Assembly: GCA_046482545.1 (NCBI GenBank)
Contig: JAWOEX010000028.1
Span: 32,001 to 96,000, forward strand
DNA: 64,000 bases
Direction: 5' to 3'
DNA from: Candidatus Thorarchaeota archaeon
GTDB lineage: Archaea > Asgardarchaeota > Thorarchaeia > Thorarchaeales > Thorarchaeaceae
A program made the translations under genes and the position numbers. Below, one piece after another: positions 37,279 to 47,929 of the stretch. Numbering within the stretch: position 1 is the stretch's first letter; the number at the start of each line of letters is the position of its first letter. The notes beneath the pieces were generated by a model. The model did no database searches, was not told the origin of the DNA, and worked only from the letters and a program-made list of their open reading frames with translations.

Positions 37279-40200
37279 TTACCTTCTTCTGAACAGCACC
37301 AACACTATCACAAATACTACTACAACACCACCTACTAGGACATAAAGCATCCCTTGCCCTTCGCCGTTAGTCCCAGGAGTTGTTGTGGTTGTAGGTGTCG
37401 TGGTGGTTTGGCTGGGGCCACCGCCTGTCTGCTGTGCATTGCTGTAAGAAACGAAGACGGGGTCACAGATAACTTCGTGTCCACCCCAATTTGCGTACCC
37501 AGCAGTCATGAATAGCATTGAGGTGTCCACCTGCCATTGTGTAACACTGTTGCCGGAGCTCGACTCATACATCAGACTGAAAGCGCCTATAGGAGCAGTC
37601 GAGGAGCCAGAGATGTATATCTCCGAATGGCCATCACCACCCCATGTGTACGGCAATCCACCCATTGAGACATTGGCGAATGGACTGTCGTCAGCACCAT
37701 ATTCGTAGTAGTCTGCACTGACACTACCTTGATTGGTGTCAGTAATTGGCTTATCACCGGCCTGATACTGGGTTCTAGTACCAGTACCTAGTACACCAAA
37801 GAAATTGACCGCAAGAGAGCGTCCTTCGAGCACATCATTATTGAATTCGTCCAGACTCCAGTTTCCGAACTCTTGGTCCACCTTGAACGAAACCGCGTGA
37901 TTCCACTTGGTCTCATCGTCCGGATTGTATTCAACCATGTCTACGTTGAACGTGATGTCAAATGCCATCTCGTCCACCGTAGCGTGAGTGATCCAGTAAT
38001 CGAAATCAGTCGAATTGAGACCAACTACGCCCTCGTAGGATTCTCTAAAGGCCCATGGCCCTCTCAGACCGTTCGAATTCTCTACTTGCAGTGGATACAT
38101 GCTGACCTCGACATCATAAATCGATATGCCAAAGGTTACCTCGGTATCAGGAGAGACAGTCACGTCACCAGTATCATTCGTGGCACCGAAAGGTCTGCGT
38201 AGCTCCGTATCATTGATGCTATCAATCAAGACCAAGTGGGTTACCTCATCAGTGACGACCTGCCCTTCCTCGATAGAGAAGTCAGGTGCGTTGTTCGGTT
38301 CCTTTGGACCTCCTCCATCTGGGTCGGTGTCATTGAAAATAAGCAATCCCGCGTATTCTGCTCGGAATGCCGCCCATGTCGAGGTAGTGGCATCAGTAGC
38401 AACTTGGAAAGATTGTTGAGTCCCCCAAGCAAACCACGATGTCTCCCATGAATTACTATCCAATCCTGTTATCTCAGAAAGGTCGATTGTCCTATTCTTC
38501 GATAACCAAGCTACCCATTCGTAGCCAGGAACAGCAATTTCCTGATCAAAATCAGCGTACATTGTATGCTGAACTTCCTGTATCTCACTGGAGCTGATTG
38601 GGGTGAAGTTGGATGCATGGTACCAGTGGAAGCTCTCATTTGCACTGAACTCCACCATCATCGTAGCTACACCGGTCCAGCTGTTAGAATGGAATTCATC
38701 ACCTGATTCACTAGGTGTGGGATCAAAATTGACACCAACCCACATGCCTTCTGTGCTGATATTCCCCTCGTCATGCCAATAGCCCGTTCGCTTCACGAAA
38801 TACTGATCATCGGTCGTGAATACGTTTCCGTCGAGGTCTATGGCACCATCATCGGTTACTGTCCACTCTGGTTCCTGCCATGTGGTCACACTGCCTATCA
38901 GCAGATGTGAAGGGCTCCAGACAATCTGATCATGTAGGTGTTGTACGTGTTCATCTGTGAAGGTCGTGTTATCCCAATCTGGAGGATCTGGATGCCATTC
39001 CCAACTCTCACCATCAGTTACATTCCACTGAACGGTGGTACGAAATCCAGAAGACACACCAGCATCTTCAATTTTCATGGAAGGAGTACTGTCCTCAAAA
39101 CGGAAATCAAAACCTACAGTCGTCAGATACTCTTCTATAGTGAATTCATGGTCCAGGACAGTCAAAGCGGTACTAGTCTGTTCGGTGCATCGGCCAACAA
39201 AAGTGTGATTCCGAGTATATACCCAGCGCGTTATACTGGAATTACTCCATGTTGTATTGGTCTTGAGATTCATGGTCATTGAATGGGTGCTTTCGTGGCG
39301 CCAGTAGTGAGTGGAATTAGAAGACCTCCCTGATGCTTGCATCCATACGGTAAGATTCTGTCTGTCCACATGGATACGTATCCCGTCGATATTCTCATGT
39401 TCGTAATCCTCGACGTAGAAACTCCCGTTTACATCACCAGCTGGCGCATGAACTAACATTGTCATATTCAATATATCCCCCTGTTGAGCCCTGCGAACAA
39501 CCACACCGTCTTTCCGCACAAAGGCTTCTATGTACATATCGCGGTAAGCCAATTGCACCGTGTTGTGATCTGCGATATCTGCACTAGCTTGCATTGGCTC
39601 CCCTTTGGAATCCAACGCGGTCCAGAAATATGGGTCAGGTTTAATGGTGCCTCCCCTCTTCAAGCTGTCCCAAGGATTCATGTCAACTATCTCAGTAAAG
39701 TAACCGGTCCAAGAAACCCATGCACCATCATGCTCAACATCACTATCTTTCAGATAGAAGAATGTCGAGACATCAGCTGTTTCGTTGATGAGCAAATCAT
39801 AGTCCACAGTCCATTGGTCTAATTGCCAGCTCCAAGTCCAACTTATGTTGTCCAAGTAGGAAAGAGCAACACAAGCTTCTGCCCCATTGTAGACATAGGT
39901 CAACATGGCGGGGATATAGGTGAAATTGTCCCACCCAGTCAGAGGGTTGTTCATATCCTTGGGCATTCCCCAATCATAGCTCCTGATATAGTTACTATTG
40001 TTGGTCAAATAGGCAAAGGGTATCTCAATTCTGCTGAAAGGTTCATTCGCCCGCATTCGGAAAGTGAAATTATCATGCGAGTCAACGTAATGGATTATTT
40101 CGCCTGCTTCATTGACGACTTCTGCGTAATAGTATTCAGGCAGAGCATACTGGCCAACGGTGACATCAACACCAAGGCCAATCGGCGGCGTCTCAAACTT

Positions 40201-40833
40201 CCCAGACTCCAACCTTGCAAGCCAAGAAGGAGATACAGTGTTTCCCTTGTCATCAACAGCTTTCATACCCGTCCAGAAAATGCCTTCCGCAACCTCATCA
40301 TTGAACTCTATCGAGAAAACTACTTGGTAATCTTCCGTGTCGTTGTAGTATGAGCTCTCGTTTCGATACAAGCCTATGAAATCACTTTGAACTGGCTCTT
40401 CACTTCCCGATTCGTAGTCCATGCTGAGAAGGCTCCACGAACCAGCGGTAACATTGTATTCGAGCACAAAGACAGGGCTCTGCTCTATGGCTTTTGAGCC
40501 CCAGAATCGCACGGTATCAAGCGTGTTACCTTCGCCCAGGAAGCTCTTGGGCATCGTGATATTCAAGAATAACCTTGTGCCATATTCGACATGAAAATCG
40601 TTCTCTTCGATGCTTGTCAGGTTATCAGCATAGCCGAGCCAAAATGTTGGCTGGGGCCCGAAGACCCATTGAGAAGACTGAGAGGTATGCTCGAAAGAGT
40701 CCGTCTCATTCACAACTTGCCAAGACACGTTCAGCTCGGGATCTCCACTTTCCTGAGCGGTGCTGTAGCTAACTCCATACGCAACACTCAGGACGATAAT
40801 TCCGAGAATCAGAAGCGTTCCTATTTTTTTCAT
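37279..40833 (-). CDS. Large secreted acidic glycoprotein with Thr-rich linker and C-terminal TM (S-layer-like)
   Basis: Signal peptide, many NxS/T sequons, TTTTPTTTTTP linker, TM with FRRR tail; 1184 aa. Confidence 0.75.
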   Translation of the reverse strand: MKKIGTLLILGIIVLSVAYGVSYSTAQESGDPELNVSWQVVNETDSFEHTSQSSQWVFGPQPTFWLGYADNLTSIEENDFHVEYGTRLFLNITMPKSFLGEGNTLDTVRFWGSKAIEQSPVFVLEYNVTAGSWSLLSMDYESGSEEPVQSDFIGLYRNESSYYNDTEDYQVVFSIEFNDEVAEGIFWTGMKAVDDKGNTVSPSWLARLESGKFETPPIGLGVDVTVGQYALPEYYYAEVVNEAGEIIHYVDSHDNFTFRMRANEPFSRIEIPFAYLTNNSNYIRSYDWGMPKDMNNPLTGWDNFTYIPAMLTYVYNGAEACVALSYLDNISWTWSWQLDQWTVDYDLLINETADVSTFFYLKDSDVEHDGAWVSWTGYFTEIVDMNPWDSLKRGGTIKPDPYFWTALDSKGEPMQASADIADHNTVQLAYRDMYIEAFVRKDGVVVRRAQQGDILNMTMLVHAPAGDVNGSFYVEDYEHENIDGIRIHVDRQNLTVWMQASGRSSNSTHYWRHESTHSMTMNLKTNTTWSNSSITRWVYTRNHTFVGRCTEQTSTALTVLDHEFTIEEYLTTVGFDFRFEDSTPSMKIEDAGVSSGFRTTVQWNVTDGESWEWHPDPPDWDNTTFTDEHVQHLHDQIVWSPSHLLIGSVTTWQEPEWTVTDDGAIDLDGNVFTTDDQYFVKRTGYWHDEGNISTEGMWVGVNFDPTPSESGDEFHSNSWTGVATMMVEFSANESFHWYHASNFTPISSSEIQEVQHTMYADFDQEIAVPGYEWVAWLSKNRTIDLSEITGLDSNSWETSWFAWGTQQSFQVATDATTSTWAAFRAEYAGLLIFNDTDPDGGGPKEPNNAPDFSIEEGQVVTDEVTHLVLIDSINDTELRRPFGATNDTGDVTVSPDTEVTFGISIYDVEVSMYPLQVENSNGLRGPWAFRESYEGVVGLNSTDFDYWITHATVDEMAFDITFNVDMVEYNPDDETKWNHAVSFKVDQEFGNWSLDEFNNDVLEGRSLAVNFFGVLGTGTRTQYQAGDKPITDTNQGSVSADYYEYGADDSPFANVSMGGLPYTWGGDGHSEIYISGSSTAPIGAFSLMYESSSGNSVTQWQVDTSMLFMTAGYANWGGHEVICDPVFVSYSNAQQTGGGPSQTTTTPTTTTTPGTNGEGQGMLYVLVGGVVVVFVIVLVLFRRR

Positions 40834-41046
40834 TGTAAATCATCCCCTCACGCAAGCAGCAATTAGTCTACTCGAATTTGGATTATATCCAGTCGTATGT
40901 CGTTAGTAATAAGGTGACTGGGGTGGTGACAATACAAGTCAGACCACATGTGGTTTGCGTGCTGTAATGCATATCTACTCATTTCTCTGGTTTTTGGTTT
41001 TAAAGGGATAATGAATGAAGGATATAGATTATTCATACATTCATTC

Positions 41047-43065
41047 CTATAGCTCCTCAAAGTAGAGCCTTAGCAATTCGGCGACACAGCGGGCTCTAGA
41101 AACACAGCCTCTGTCACGATAGGGTTCAGAACCGTCGAACATACCAGAGACAGTACCCAAACAACCGTTTCTGATTGATGACAGAACGGGGCGGAAGAAC
41201 TTTTTCTCAGCAGTCTGCTTGGTCTTGTGGTCTCTTCCGTAAACGTTCAGATATGCGGATATGAAGGGACCAATCAACCATGGATGGACCGTACCCTGAT
41301 GGGTAGATCCGGCTCTGCTCCGAGGACCTCCAGTATGAGCGGGGGCATACCTAGGGTCGCTGGGAGCTAGAGTCCGTAGACCGTAGGGGGTGACAAGCTC
41401 TTCTTCGACGACCGAGACAATCTTCTCTGACTTCCTAGTGTCAAGCAGGCGATAAGGAAGACTCACAGCGAAAACCTGATTCGGGCGGAGTGATTCATCA
41501 TTTCGATCGTCAGTCACAACATCATAGAGATAGCCGAGCTCCTCATCCCAGAATGTTTGGACAAAAGCTTCTCTAATCCAAGATGCCACAGCTCTGTATT
41601 CGTAAGGGTCACGCCCTATCAGTTCACAAAGGTCTCCCGCAGCCATCAACGCGTTGAACCAAAGTGCATTCACTTCAACACATTTGCCAGTTCGAGGTGT
41701 AGCCAACCAGTTTCCGACCTTCTCATTCATCCAGGAGACCTCTACACCTGGAATTCCTGAGCATATTAGGCCGTCATGGTCTTCATAGATACCGTATTTG
41801 GTTCCTGTACGAAACGCACCGATAATTGATTGAATGGTGTCCCAGATGAGACCTCTAAGAAACTCAGTGTCATGTGTATGGTCGATGTATTTCTTGACAC
41901 CAAGGATGAACCACAGTGAAGCATCAACACTATCGTATTCAGGCTGGATTCCTCTATCCGGAAAGTCGTTAGCTATCAAACCGTATCTGGAGTATCGTGC
42001 GTATGTTGTTAGAATACCTCGCGCATCTTGAAATCTTCCAATAGCTACCGTCAGACCCGGCAAGGAAACCATAGCATCGTGGCCAATATCAGCTAGGTTA
42101 TGATAACCGGCTATGACTGATTTCTGTTGTGTCGACTGACGATCCACGATGAAGGCGTCAGCATTGAAAATTAGCCATTCCATGGACTTGTCCCGCTCCT
42201 TCTCAGACATGCTATACGCTCGGCTATTGAGTATTCTTCTTCGTTTCAACTCATTAAACCGCAATCTAGCAAAATCTCTGCGCTTAGCTTCTGTCAAAGA
42301 ATCGAGATCTTTCACTAGCTCCTCTCTACTGCGGCCGGCTGCAAAGAGAAATGAAAGGAAATGAGAACCCGGTTCCAGAACAGAATGGAATACACCGGGC
42401 GTGAACAGAACATCAGTATGATCAAGTCCTCTCGACTTGTCCTTGCGGTATATCTGCAGGTTGCTTTTGTGTATCTTGGCCTCCATGAACTGGGAGTCAG
42501 GGCTATACGCGAAAACAGAAGGGCTGTTTTCACGTGAATCCGAGCAGAAATACGCATTTTCAGGTCTAGCATCGACATGTGGTTCGAATGTTAGTTCCTC
42601 AGGCCTTTCATCCAGTTCCCTGCACGTTTGGACTGGGGTTACCGTAAAGACAGTATCTTCCTTTGTCTCGATTTCGTAGTTCACTACGGTGATATTTCTT
42701 CTAAATGGCATGAATACCGATTTTTCTGCCTCGAAGCAATCTGTTTCATATCTCATTGTTGGAAGTGGATTGAGTTCGAACGACTTTATGTGCCTGTAAC
42801 CGCGACGTGTAACACCTTCAGTTGTCTCTTCTACAGAAAGATTGTACTCGCACTCGGAAGTCGCCAAAACATCGTCAAGTCGTGATATTGTCAACCACCT
42901 ATCAACTGGTGGATTGAGGGAGCATACCAGTAGACCATGATGACCTCGAGTGTTCAATCCTACTACAGTAGATGAAGCGTAACCGCCCAGCCCATTTGTA
43001 TATATCCATTCGAATGTAACAGCACGATTGAGTCTGAGATCCTTTTCGTCTAGCTCAAATGACAC
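41047..43065 (-). CDS. Archaeal-type amylo-alpha-1,6-glucosidase / glycogen debranching enzyme homologue, probably inactive
   Basis: EWIYTNGLGGYASS, VIAGYH, DSVDASLWF, GKCVEVNALW, LRPNQ and YGLRTL motifs; catalytic motifs altered (see findings). Confidence 0.88.
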   Translation of the reverse strand: MSFELDEKDLRLNRAVTFEWIYTNGLGGYASSTVVGLNTRGHHGLLVCSLNPPVDRWLTISRLDDVLATSECEYNLSVEETTEGVTRRGYRHIKSFELNPLPTMRYETDCFEAEKSVFMPFRRNITVVNYEIETKEDTVFTVTPVQTCRELDERPEELTFEPHVDARPENAYFCSDSRENSPSVFAYSPDSQFMEAKIHKSNLQIYRKDKSRGLDHTDVLFTPGVFHSVLEPGSHFLSFLFAAGRSREELVKDLDSLTEAKRRDFARLRFNELKRRRILNSRAYSMSEKERDKSMEWLIFNADAFIVDRQSTQQKSVIAGYHNLADIGHDAMVSLPGLTVAIGRFQDARGILTTYARYSRYGLIANDFPDRGIQPEYDSVDASLWFILGVKKYIDHTHDTEFLRGLIWDTIQSIIGAFRTGTKYGIYEDHDGLICSGIPGVEVSWMNEKVGNWLATPRTGKCVEVNALWFNALMAAGDLCELIGRDPYEYRAVASWIREAFVQTFWDEELGYLYDVVTDDRNDESLRPNQVFAVSLPYRLLDTRKSEKIVSVVEEELVTPYGLRTLAPSDPRYAPAHTGGPRSRAGSTHQGTVHPWLIGPFISAYLNVYGRDHKTKQTAEKKFFRPVLSSIRNGCLGTVSGMFDGSEPYRDRGCVSRARCVAELLRLYFEEL

Positions 43066-43288
43066 GACGGGTATCTCCGAATATCAATATCTCAAGCAAG
43101 GGTCTGCACCAACAGGCTTTAAGCATTCTTCGCAGTGACCCGCCTAACGACATTGAGCTGATTGCAGGATATGTTCCTGCTCCAAGAAACCATTTGAGGC
43201 GATTCCTCTGAAAGACAGCAACAATGCCATCAGTCCGAAAAAATCCACAGACGGACCATCAATAGACCGGTCGGAACAAATCCTAGGA

Positions 43289-44458
43289 ATGAGCCGCACG
43301 CTCTGGAGACTTGCACTGGTCATAGGAGTAGCGCAATTCTCATGGAGCATTTGGGGGTGGCAGTTTAGCATTTTCCTAGCAACTCTGCTTGAACCATGGA
43401 AGATGGGCGTCACTTTCTTCGTCGGGACTCTGGCTAGTCTAATCGGATTCGCAGTCTCAGGGGTGTTGTCGGACTTCTTTGGTAGAAGAAAGGCTATGGC
43501 TCTATCATTTATCCCGATGGCGCTCGGGTTGGTTATGCTTGCTGAATTCCCTCTCTGGCCACTTATACCTCTGGAGTATGCTCTTGCTCAATTCGGATGG
43601 AGCTTTGTATTAATCATTGCTAGAGCTATGCCAGCAGATGAAACAGCGAGTCTCGGAGGAATGAATTCTGCCCGTCGATTCACAACTGTACTCATGCCTG
43701 CGTTTCTGATTGACGGTATAAGCCCAGCAGCGGCATCGGCCCTTCTTTATTTCGGATTAGGAGCCCGAGAACTCTTGCTCCTGGGTGCATTTGGAGCTGT
43801 TCTAGCTCTAATAGCAACGCTGCTATGGGTAAGAGAGACGCTCCCATCTGACACTATGAAGAAAGCCAAGAGTGGTGCTATCATTTCATTCCGTGGCTTA
43901 GGTACTCATTTCTGGAAACTTGCTGTAGGGATGATTGGATACAGCCTTATTTTCAATACCGCTATCCCCTACTACGGAAACCTATGTGTAGATGAATGGG
44001 GCATTAGCGCTCCACTATATGGTTTGACTTGGAGTGCATTTTCACTTACAGGTGGACTGCTCACCTATACATTGGGTGGTGTCTCTGATAAGAGCCCAAA
44101 GTTGTCACTTCTTATAGCCGTTGTAATGAACACCCTTGTTTGGTTTGGGCTTGGGCTAGGTAGCGGCATTTTTCTCTTAGTCGCCCTCAACATAATTTGG
44201 GCCTTTCCTGTCATGATATGGATCGGTTCAGAGCGAAGTCTTGCAGTTAAAGAAGTAAAAAGCGAAATGAGAGGCAGAGCATTAGGCACCTATCAGTTTT
44301 TGATGAGCTCCACGACCCTGTTAGGAGCCCCCCTAGGAGCTATGATTTGGAGCATAACAGGAAGTCTCAGAGCCCTTTGGCTCTTCTCAGCCTCTGCAAG
44401 TCTTTTCATGGTGGTTATACTGGCAGCAGCGCTTCATTCCCTTAACGGTTCCAGCTAG
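43289..44458 (+). CDS. MFS transporter
   Basis: About 12 TMs; motif A GVLSDFFGRRK; MRGRALG. Confidence 0.88.
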   Translation: MSRTLWRLALVIGVAQFSWSIWGWQFSIFLATLLEPWKMGVTFFVGTLASLIGFAVSGVLSDFFGRRKAMALSFIPMALGLVMLAEFPLWPLIPLEYALAQFGWSFVLIIARAMPADETASLGGMNSARRFTTVLMPAFLIDGISPAAASALLYFGLGARELLLLGAFGAVLALIATLLWVRETLPSDTMKKAKSGAIISFRGLGTHFWKLAVGMIGYSLIFNTAIPYYGNLCVDEWGISAPLYGLTWSAFSLTGGLLTYTLGGVSDKSPKLSLLIAVVMNTLVWFGLGLGSGIFLLVALNIIWAFPVMIWIGSERSLAVKEVKSEMRGRALGTYQFLMSSTTLLGAPLGAMIWSITGSLRALWLFSASASLFMVVILAAALHSLNGSS

Positions 44459-44731
44459 TTGAATAGAAAACAGATATCGCAGGTGAAGCGAGCATCAACA
44501 TTTCGCACTATACACGAAAATCTACTATCAACTCAGGTAGGATTAGATGCCGGTGTAAGCTTTAGCGCTCTATCACGTATCAGATTTGTGGGCAATCGTA
44601 GTGGACGAACAAAGTCCAGTCGATGACTACTTCAAATCAGCTGACTCCACTTCTCCAAGATTTTTTTTGGGGTGGCTCTATTCTTGCAGTCGGAATAAAC
44701 CGCAACAGTTAACTCATGTTGGTATCCTCTT

Positions 44732-45439
44732 TTGCACCATAGCGAGCTACCGAGAGGAATTGAGATGATTCGTTGCTGTAATCTGACATATAGTGAGTTG
44801 AAAAACAAGCCTGTCCTTGATTCGGAAGGAGTGAAGGTTGGGAGAGTTATAGATTTCGTCTTGCATTATGAGGACAACAAGATAGAACTTGAATCGATGC
44901 TTCTTGGTGGGACCAGATTGGAAGAGTTCCTTGAGTCCGTCGGCATGAGGGCTGACTTGGACCCACTCATCGATATTGATTCGATTGACGAAATAAGCGA
45001 GGAGATTCAGTTATCTATTCCCCGTAAACAACTAAAGAGCACTCTCGATTCCAAGCTGCTACACGAGGAGGATATAACCCTCTCAAGGTTATCAAAAATT
45101 CCTGTCGTTGATTCGGACGGCTTCAAAATCGGTCGTGTGATTGATGTTTGGTTTGACTACGAGGATAAGATTTGGTTGGTTATCGGCGGAGGATTCGTGG
45201 AGGAGATGTTGGAAAAGCTAAAAGTTCAACCCGACATCGATCCCATTGTCCCAGAAGAATACATCAAGAGCATATCTGAGAAAGAAATCTGTCTGAAGTG
45301 GACCAAGTTCCAGCTGGAGTCCACGGCCGAGGATGAGTTTGACAAGGTCAAAAGAGAACTAATGTCACGGCATACACCCAAAGACGCCAGGTACGAGTAC
45401 CTCAGGCTTATCGGGAACGCCGGAAAAGGGGAGTACTAG
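44732..45439 (+). CDS. Tandem PRC-barrel domain protein
   Basis: Two repeats, SELKNKPVLDSEGVKVGRVIDF and SRLSKIPVVDSDGFKIGRVIDV; likely start 44765. Confidence 0.82.
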   Translation: MHHSELPRGIEMIRCCNLTYSELKNKPVLDSEGVKVGRVIDFVLHYEDNKIELESMLLGGTRLEEFLESVGMRADLDPLIDIDSIDEISEEIQLSIPRKQLKSTLDSKLLHEEDITLSRLSKIPVVDSDGFKIGRVIDVWFDYEDKIWLVIGGGFVEEMLEKLKVQPDIDPIVPEEYIKSISEKEICLKWTKFQLESTAEDEFDKVKRELMSRHTPKDARYEYLRLIGNAGKGEY

Positions 45440-46155
45440 TCGGATTGGTTTTCAGCCAACTGTAACACTTTTTCAACTGATCTAGTGTCTTCATGGCGAC
45501 CTAGTAAATGGCCGCTTTTCTGCCTTTTTGTTTCCAAGTAAGGCTTGTTGTACTCATCAGGTTCAATAATCAAAGGAACCCGTTCGGTAATCTCAACACC
45601 CTGCGAGAGTAATTGCTTGACTTTCTCGGGGTTGTTGGTGAGCAGTCCTATCGACTTCACATGCAGAGTTCGCAGAATGTGTGCAGCTACTCCGTAATCA
45701 CGCTCATCTGGACAATGCCCCAAGGCTAGATTTGCATCAATGGTATCCATTCCCTCATCCTGTAAGGCATACGCCTTTAGCTTCTCTGTTAGTCCAATAT
45801 TGCGTCCTTCTTGACGCAAATACAAGAGGATGCCCTCTCCTTCCTTCTCGATTCTTCTTAGGCTCTCATGAAGCTGTGCTCTGCAATCACATCGCTTACT
45901 ACCTAAAACATCACCCGTCAGGCATTCTGAGTGCAGACGGACAAGCACATTCTCCTTATTTATGACATCACCCTTTACTAATGCCGTATGCTCCTTTCCA
46001 TCACACGGACTGACTAAGCCGCATATTTGAAATCCGCCAAAGACACTTGGCAGGTCTGCAACAGCCACGAGTTGTACACAACACTGATATGGCTCACATC
46101 GATGGTTCTCGCTCTCCTCAAGCAAATTCTCAATCTGCACTGTAGATAAGCTCAA
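45436..46155 (-). CDS. ribA: GTP cyclohydrolase II
   Basis: VRLHSECLTGD..GSKRCDC, YLRQEGRNIGL..KLKAY.LQD.G.DT and LLTNNPEK motifs. Confidence 0.95.
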   Translation of the reverse strand: MSLSTVQIENLLEESENHRCEPYQCCVQLVAVADLPSVFGGFQICGLVSPCDGKEHTALVKGDVINKENVLVRLHSECLTGDVLGSKRCDCRAQLHESLRRIEKEGEGILLYLRQEGRNIGLTEKLKAYALQDEGMDTIDANLALGHCPDERDYGVAAHILRTLHVKSIGLLTNNPEKVKQLLSQGVEITERVPLIIEPDEYNKPYLETKRQKSGHLLGRHEDTRSVEKVLQLAENQSD

Positions 46156-46249
46156 TTTCAGCAGGCCTCTAGTGGGAAAACACTCGAAAATATTGCTTAG
46201 ATACTTTCCCGTCGCACCTTATTAGACCTACACAACGTCATTTCTAAAT

Positions 46250-47371
46250 ATGGCTACACCAATAGCTAACTATCAGTCAGCTACCCGAGGAGCGAAATCG
46301 ATGGATGATAAATTAGCGAACAGTCTTTCCATTGCACAAGCATGGATCAAGAAGAATACAAATCGCAATCCCTTCACCAAATTGAAGGAGCATATAATCG
46401 ATACTGGGACATGCACAGAATGCGGTGCATGCGTTTCCAATTGCCCAGTTGATGCACTCACGGGACAGTACAAAGAAGGGAAATACGTTCCAAAACTCAC
46501 GGGGAAATGTATTGCCTGCGGTATTTGCTACGACGTATGTCCAAGAACGGCATCATCTCAACATCATTTGCTCGGGAGTATCAGAAGTGCGTGGAGGGTT
46601 AAAGCGACAGAAGAATATCCACGAAGTCAGAATGGCGGTGCAGTTACAGCATTGCTCTGCTATGTGCTGGAAAAGATGGTAGTAGATGGCACTGTGGTGG
46701 CATGTCAAGATCCAGACAAACCATGGCATCCCGTACCGAAAATCCGTGAGAACAAAGAAGAAGTCATTAATTGTGCTGGCACAATCTACACCCATACACC
46801 TATCGTGGAAGGTGTGATGGAAGGTTTTCGAAAAGGACTTTCAGCATTAGCTGTGGTCGGTACCTCCTGCAATCTGGACGCGATTACCAATATGCAGAAT
46901 AATCCAGCAGGAGTTTTGAATATCGACTTGAAGCATAGTGTGTTCAAAATAGGCCTCTTTTGTATGGAATCCTTCAATTATGAGAAAATGAAAGAATTTC
47001 TGAAGAAGGATGACATCTCAATTGAGGATGTTGAAAAGTTCTCAATAGAGAAAGGGAAACTGATAGTCGATACATCGGAGGTAACAAAGAAGTGGCCTAT
47101 AAGCAACCTAGCGGAAACAGCAGCTAGTTCGTGTTCATATTGTAGGGACTTGACTGCCAAGAATGCGGATATCTCATGCGGGAATTTAGGAACAGATTCT
47201 GATTGGACAACTGTTCTTGTGAGAACGATAGAGGGGGAACACATCTTTCAAGCAGCGATTGAAGCAGGCTATCTTGAGGCAGAAGATCTGTCAAGTAAGG
47301 GGCTTCGAATTCTCGAACGTATTGCCCGAATGAAGTTCAACCGACTTTATAGTCTTCAAAGCACTCATTAG
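46250..47371 (+). CDS. Coenzyme F420 hydrogenase/dehydrogenase beta-subunit (FrhB/FdhB) family with 2x[4Fe-4S] domain
   Basis: Two CxxCxxCxxxCP motifs; SQNGGAVT, VVGTSC, IGLFC, CSYC.D and ADISCG. Confidence 0.9.
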   Translation: MATPIANYQSATRGAKSMDDKLANSLSIAQAWIKKNTNRNPFTKLKEHIIDTGTCTECGACVSNCPVDALTGQYKEGKYVPKLTGKCIACGICYDVCPRTASSQHHLLGSIRSAWRVKATEEYPRSQNGGAVTALLCYVLEKMVVDGTVVACQDPDKPWHPVPKIRENKEEVINCAGTIYTHTPIVEGVMEGFRKGLSALAVVGTSCNLDAITNMQNNPAGVLNIDLKHSVFKIGLFCMESFNYEKMKEFLKKDDISIEDVEKFSIEKGKLIVDTSEVTKKWPISNLAETAASSCSYCRDLTAKNADISCGNLGTDSDWTTVLVRTIEGEHIFQAAIEAGYLEAEDLSSKGLRILERIARMKFNRLYSLQSTH

Positions 47372-47408
47372 GTAATTATCTTTTCATCAAGAGGAGCAGG
47401 TAGTTGCA

Positions 47409-47924
47409 ATGAAGAAACATGTTCTGCTTACCGGCAGACCTGGTATAGGCAAGACTACAGCCATAAGAAAGGCAATCCAGTATATTGGTATTGAAAGGGT
47501 AGGAGGCTTCTGGTCCTCTGAGATGAAGAGAGATGGCAGAAGAGTTGGGTTCGGAATTCACACCGTGGAAGGTGAAGACGGAATACTTGCTCATGTCGAT
47601 AGAAACCATGGACCACTAGTTAGCAAGTATAGAGTAAATGTTGCAGACATCAACAGAGTAGCGATCCCCGCTCTAGAAAGAGCCAGAAAATGCGGGAAAA
47701 TCATCATTATTGACGAGATAGCGAAAATGGAACTTTACTCTGAGGGTTTCAAGCAGGAGGTTTTGAAATGCCTAAATGAGGGGCGAGTATTGGGCACTAT
47801 TCAGCAATGGAGCTCGTCATTTCTCAATCAAGTACGAAACCGATCAGATGTTCGGATGGTAGAAGTCACTACTGCAAACAGAGATGAACTACCAGCTCAG
47901 ATAGCCAGTTGGTTTCAGCAGTAG
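47409..47924 (+). CDS. THEP1/NTPase_1 nucleoside triphosphatase
   Basis: LTGRPGIGKTT, GRRVGF and IIDEIAKMEL motifs. Confidence 0.92.
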   Translation: MKKHVLLTGRPGIGKTTAIRKAIQYIGIERVGGFWSSEMKRDGRRVGFGIHTVEGEDGILAHVDRNHGPLVSKYRVNVADINRVAIPALERARKCGKIIIIDEIAKMELYSEGFKQEVLKCLNEGRVLGTIQQWSSSFLNQVRNRSDVRMVEVTTANRDELPAQIASWFQQ

Positions 47925-47929
47925 CATCT

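Noticed and set aside
46250-47371. Selenoprotein (in-frame TGA) or SECIS in redox genes
   Set aside because: The FrhB-like, AOR and RnfC ORFs are uninterrupted, and no convincing SECIS was seen.
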